64,000 nt of DNA from Camelus dromedarius (taxonomy: Eukaryota), in the NCBI RefSeq assembly GCF_036321535.1, contig NC_087447.1:46936001-47000000 (forward strand), given 5' to 3'. The position numbers and the translations under genes are program-made. The stretch's first letter is position 1; each line of letters begins with the position of its first letter. Below the pieces are notes generated by a model, which worked only from the letters and a program-made list of their open reading frames with translations, searched no databases and was not told the origin of the DNA. This document shows, in pieces, positions 61,601-64,000 of this stretch.

Positions 61601-63696
61601 AACTCTTATCAGATCTTTAGCCACGGGCGTTTTAAATTCTCATGTCATTTACAGGCAGTTACTGTTTTACTCTGCTGCTTTTGCAAAAGTGCTTCATCTT
61701 CAAGAAGATTCATGGAAATGACTCTGATAAGTACAGGTTTCTGATAACATTCAGAGCTACAGCACTGAACTAGATAAGAATTTACAGAACTCTAAGGAAA
61801 AACTGGATTCATAAAACTTCTAACAAAAGATCAAGATCAAGAATTAATTACAAGATCAAGATTAATTACATAGGACTGAAAGAACTGATGAGGATGATTA
61901 TAATTGTCTTTTGACTTTTGTCAGAATCATTGTTGGTTCTTTAATCTTTTGGTTTCCAGATTTAAGGAAACTTTTTCTCTTAAGCTAACTATGACTTACA
62001 GCAGTTTGGTAAAGAACAAAGATGAAACAATTACTTTTTCTTTTTACCTGATACCTCCAGAATTTGGAAATTCCCAGTAAGTATTCTTATTTTCATGGCA
62101 ATATAGTTATTTGCAGAAGTGCAATAAGAATATGTTCTCCTTGTAACAAGATGAAATTGAAAATGTTGATCATATCATAAAGGCTTTGACAGGAATATCA
62201 TATTTGAGAGAGACATACCTAGACTCAGGTATGACCAGATTGCTTTAAGGAACTAAAGTTGACTTTATAGTGCCAATAAAGTGCTTTGGAAAATCATCCT
62301 GGTACCTTGCTTACAGAGTTTCAGCACCATTACAAGGTCACTTTCTGGCAGGCCTAGGAGCCTCAGGATATTTGGGGGAACCTCAAAAAGAGAGAGAGAA
62401 ATTCACCCAAGTCTATTGGTATTGCAGGCAGTCTGATGGCAAATTCTTGGCTTGGCTTCCTAGCCTTGAGAGGCATTTAAAAGTTCAATCTGGAGATTCC
62501 TTATGAAAAGTTCCAGCAAAGCAGATGTAAAAGAGCCTATATGATCAATCACTATTCTTGCTGCATTTTTGTAAACAATCAGGCCAAGTTTAATGAGACT
62601 AGACTTATTTTGCAGAAAAATTAGTCTTATTTTGATTATCTCTGATAGACATGGGGGTGATTGTAAAGAGGAAAAAAATATTTCAATGGAAAACTATTGT
62701 ATATCCTTATGGTCATCAGATTCCAGTCCTATTAATTGTCTTTGGGGTTTTGTCTTCTACCTCTAAACTGGACTGGATTCTGAATTCTTCTTGTTTCCTC
62801 CAATATCTAGCTACAACTCTCCAAACTAATGTTTTCAATTTTTCTCCCACTCTTTTGACTTGGAATCATTGAAAACAAAAAACTACCCTTTTCCCAAACC
62901 TATGTAGGCTGAAATGGGACAACTTGATATAAACTTCAGAGAGATCACTATGACAGCTCATGTATGGATAATCTCATGACTGTTGCTGTGTGGACCACTA
63001 AGAAAAATCACCAGAGATATTCAAACTGCAAGCCAGGAAAATCTATCAGATTACTATTGTCTGCCCTCACTACATCTGAAGATGCCTGGAGTATGACATC
63101 TAGAAATCTTCTTGACTACTGCCTTCAGCAGCACTCAAGAAACTGGGATTATAATCTCCTCCAGTCATTAACCTTTGTTTTTCTTTCTTTTGTTTCCATA
63201 GAAATGCCTCTTATTAAATACCTGATGCAAACACTAGCACCATGAAGGCTTAACTGGGGGAACCCACCTGCATCACTACCTCCTAAAATGGGGTACAGCT
63301 ATTTAACTGAACTGACCTATTCTCAGGACTAAAAGACTGGTTTGATGATATATGGAGCAATCTAATCAACTCAGGACAGGTTCAACTCTACTTATACCAG
63401 ATGGCCCAAGAGTTAAAGTATTCCACAATCTTACTAAATCTTTGAACACATTCCCAAGGCCCCTAAGATAACTGATCTATTTCCACGGCTGGACTTTTCA
63501 AGTTTGAGACAATCGTTATGGACTGAATTTCAGACTATTGCCTGTATAATTATTATAGGGTTTGCCACTATAACTCTATTTAAATGTGCAGTTTTGGGGT
63601 TACAATGTACCCTACCCTGACTTTTAGGGAATCAGCTACCCAGGCAGTTAATGTCCTCACCATTGATTCTGATGCATCTGTGTAAACTCTGACAGT
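58655..63696 (+). mobile_element. Degenerate ERV1 (MER4/MER34-group-like): 5' LTR about 58655-59140 plus AT-rich internal region
   Basis: LTR-like block starting TGTAG with AATAAA signals. Internal segments such as AAGGTCACTTTCTGGCAGGCCTAGGAGCCTCAGGATATTTGGGG resemble MER4-group internal sequence. An env TM-like remnant lies at 63365-63620. Confidence 0.7.
61378..61467 (+). mobile_element. tRNA-derived SINE (camelid Vic-type) inside the ERV
   Basis: GGGGAGGGTATTGCTCAGTGG...GGTTCAATCCCCAGTAC, with TSD TAAGTGTTCTAG on both sides. Confidence 0.85.
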
Positions 63697-64000
63697 TGTT
63701 TTTTTTTTTTTTTTTTTTGCTTCTTTTTTTTGAAACACAAGTGCCTGACTTGAGCTTTGATCGCCGATGCATCCACTTCAAAGATGGTTATTTTGGAGGG
63801 GATGTAGGAGGAAAATTTTTTAAGTTTTTCCTTCCTTCCTTCCTTCTTTCCTTTCTTTCTTAAGAAATATACCAAAGAATCATGCAATGCTTCCAGTGCT
63901 GGATGCAATCCTGGGCCACAAGTCTGCACATTCCTTTGCAATTATCCTGTGATGGCAGAAACTTTCATCTTGCCCTTATTGTTTACTATGATCCCATGTT
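63697..64000 (-). pseudogene. RPL23: RPL23 processed pseudogene, 3' part (continues beyond the window)
   Basis: Minus strand 64000-63880 reads GIIVNNKGKMKVSAITG, then a stop and frameshift, then AKECADLWPRIASSTGSIA-TGA. This matches the RPL23 C-terminus. A 3' UTR and poly(A) tract follow at about 63698-63731. Confidence 0.88.

Noticed and set aside
47600..64000. Folate receptor (FOLR) exons expected from synteny
   Set aside because: No FOLR-like cysteine-rich coding sequence was found, so the cluster presumably lies beyond the window.

Overview
Mammalian genomic DNA, most likely a camelid, judging by repeated tRNA-derived Vic-type SINEs. It is syntenic with the human 11q13.4 block. The window holds the 5' non-coding end of NUMA1 (minus; exon 1 near 19.03-19.12 kb, probable exon 2 near 7.3 kb), which shares a CpG-island bidirectional promoter with LRRC51 (plus, 4 coding exons, 192 aa). 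Next come LAMTOR1 (minus, 5 exons, 161 aa), TOMT (plus, 3 coding exons, 258 aa) and ANAPC15 (minus, 4 coding exons, 121 aa). All four CDSs assemble intact at GT-AG junctions. From about 48 kb the window is repeat-rich: nested LTRs, an ERV1-type element with an env TM remnant, and an RPL23 processed pseudogene at the right edge. Main observations: (1) a chain of phase-compatible minus-strand exon-like blocks inside LRRC51 introns, possibly a decayed unannotated gene (speculative); (2) the primate LRTOMT fusion frame is broken here; (3) a single-arm counterpart of the human MIR3165 hairpin; (4) an overlapping bidirectional poly(A) signal between TOMT and ANAPC15. All comparisons to human sequences and all repeat family names come from memory and need database confirmation.
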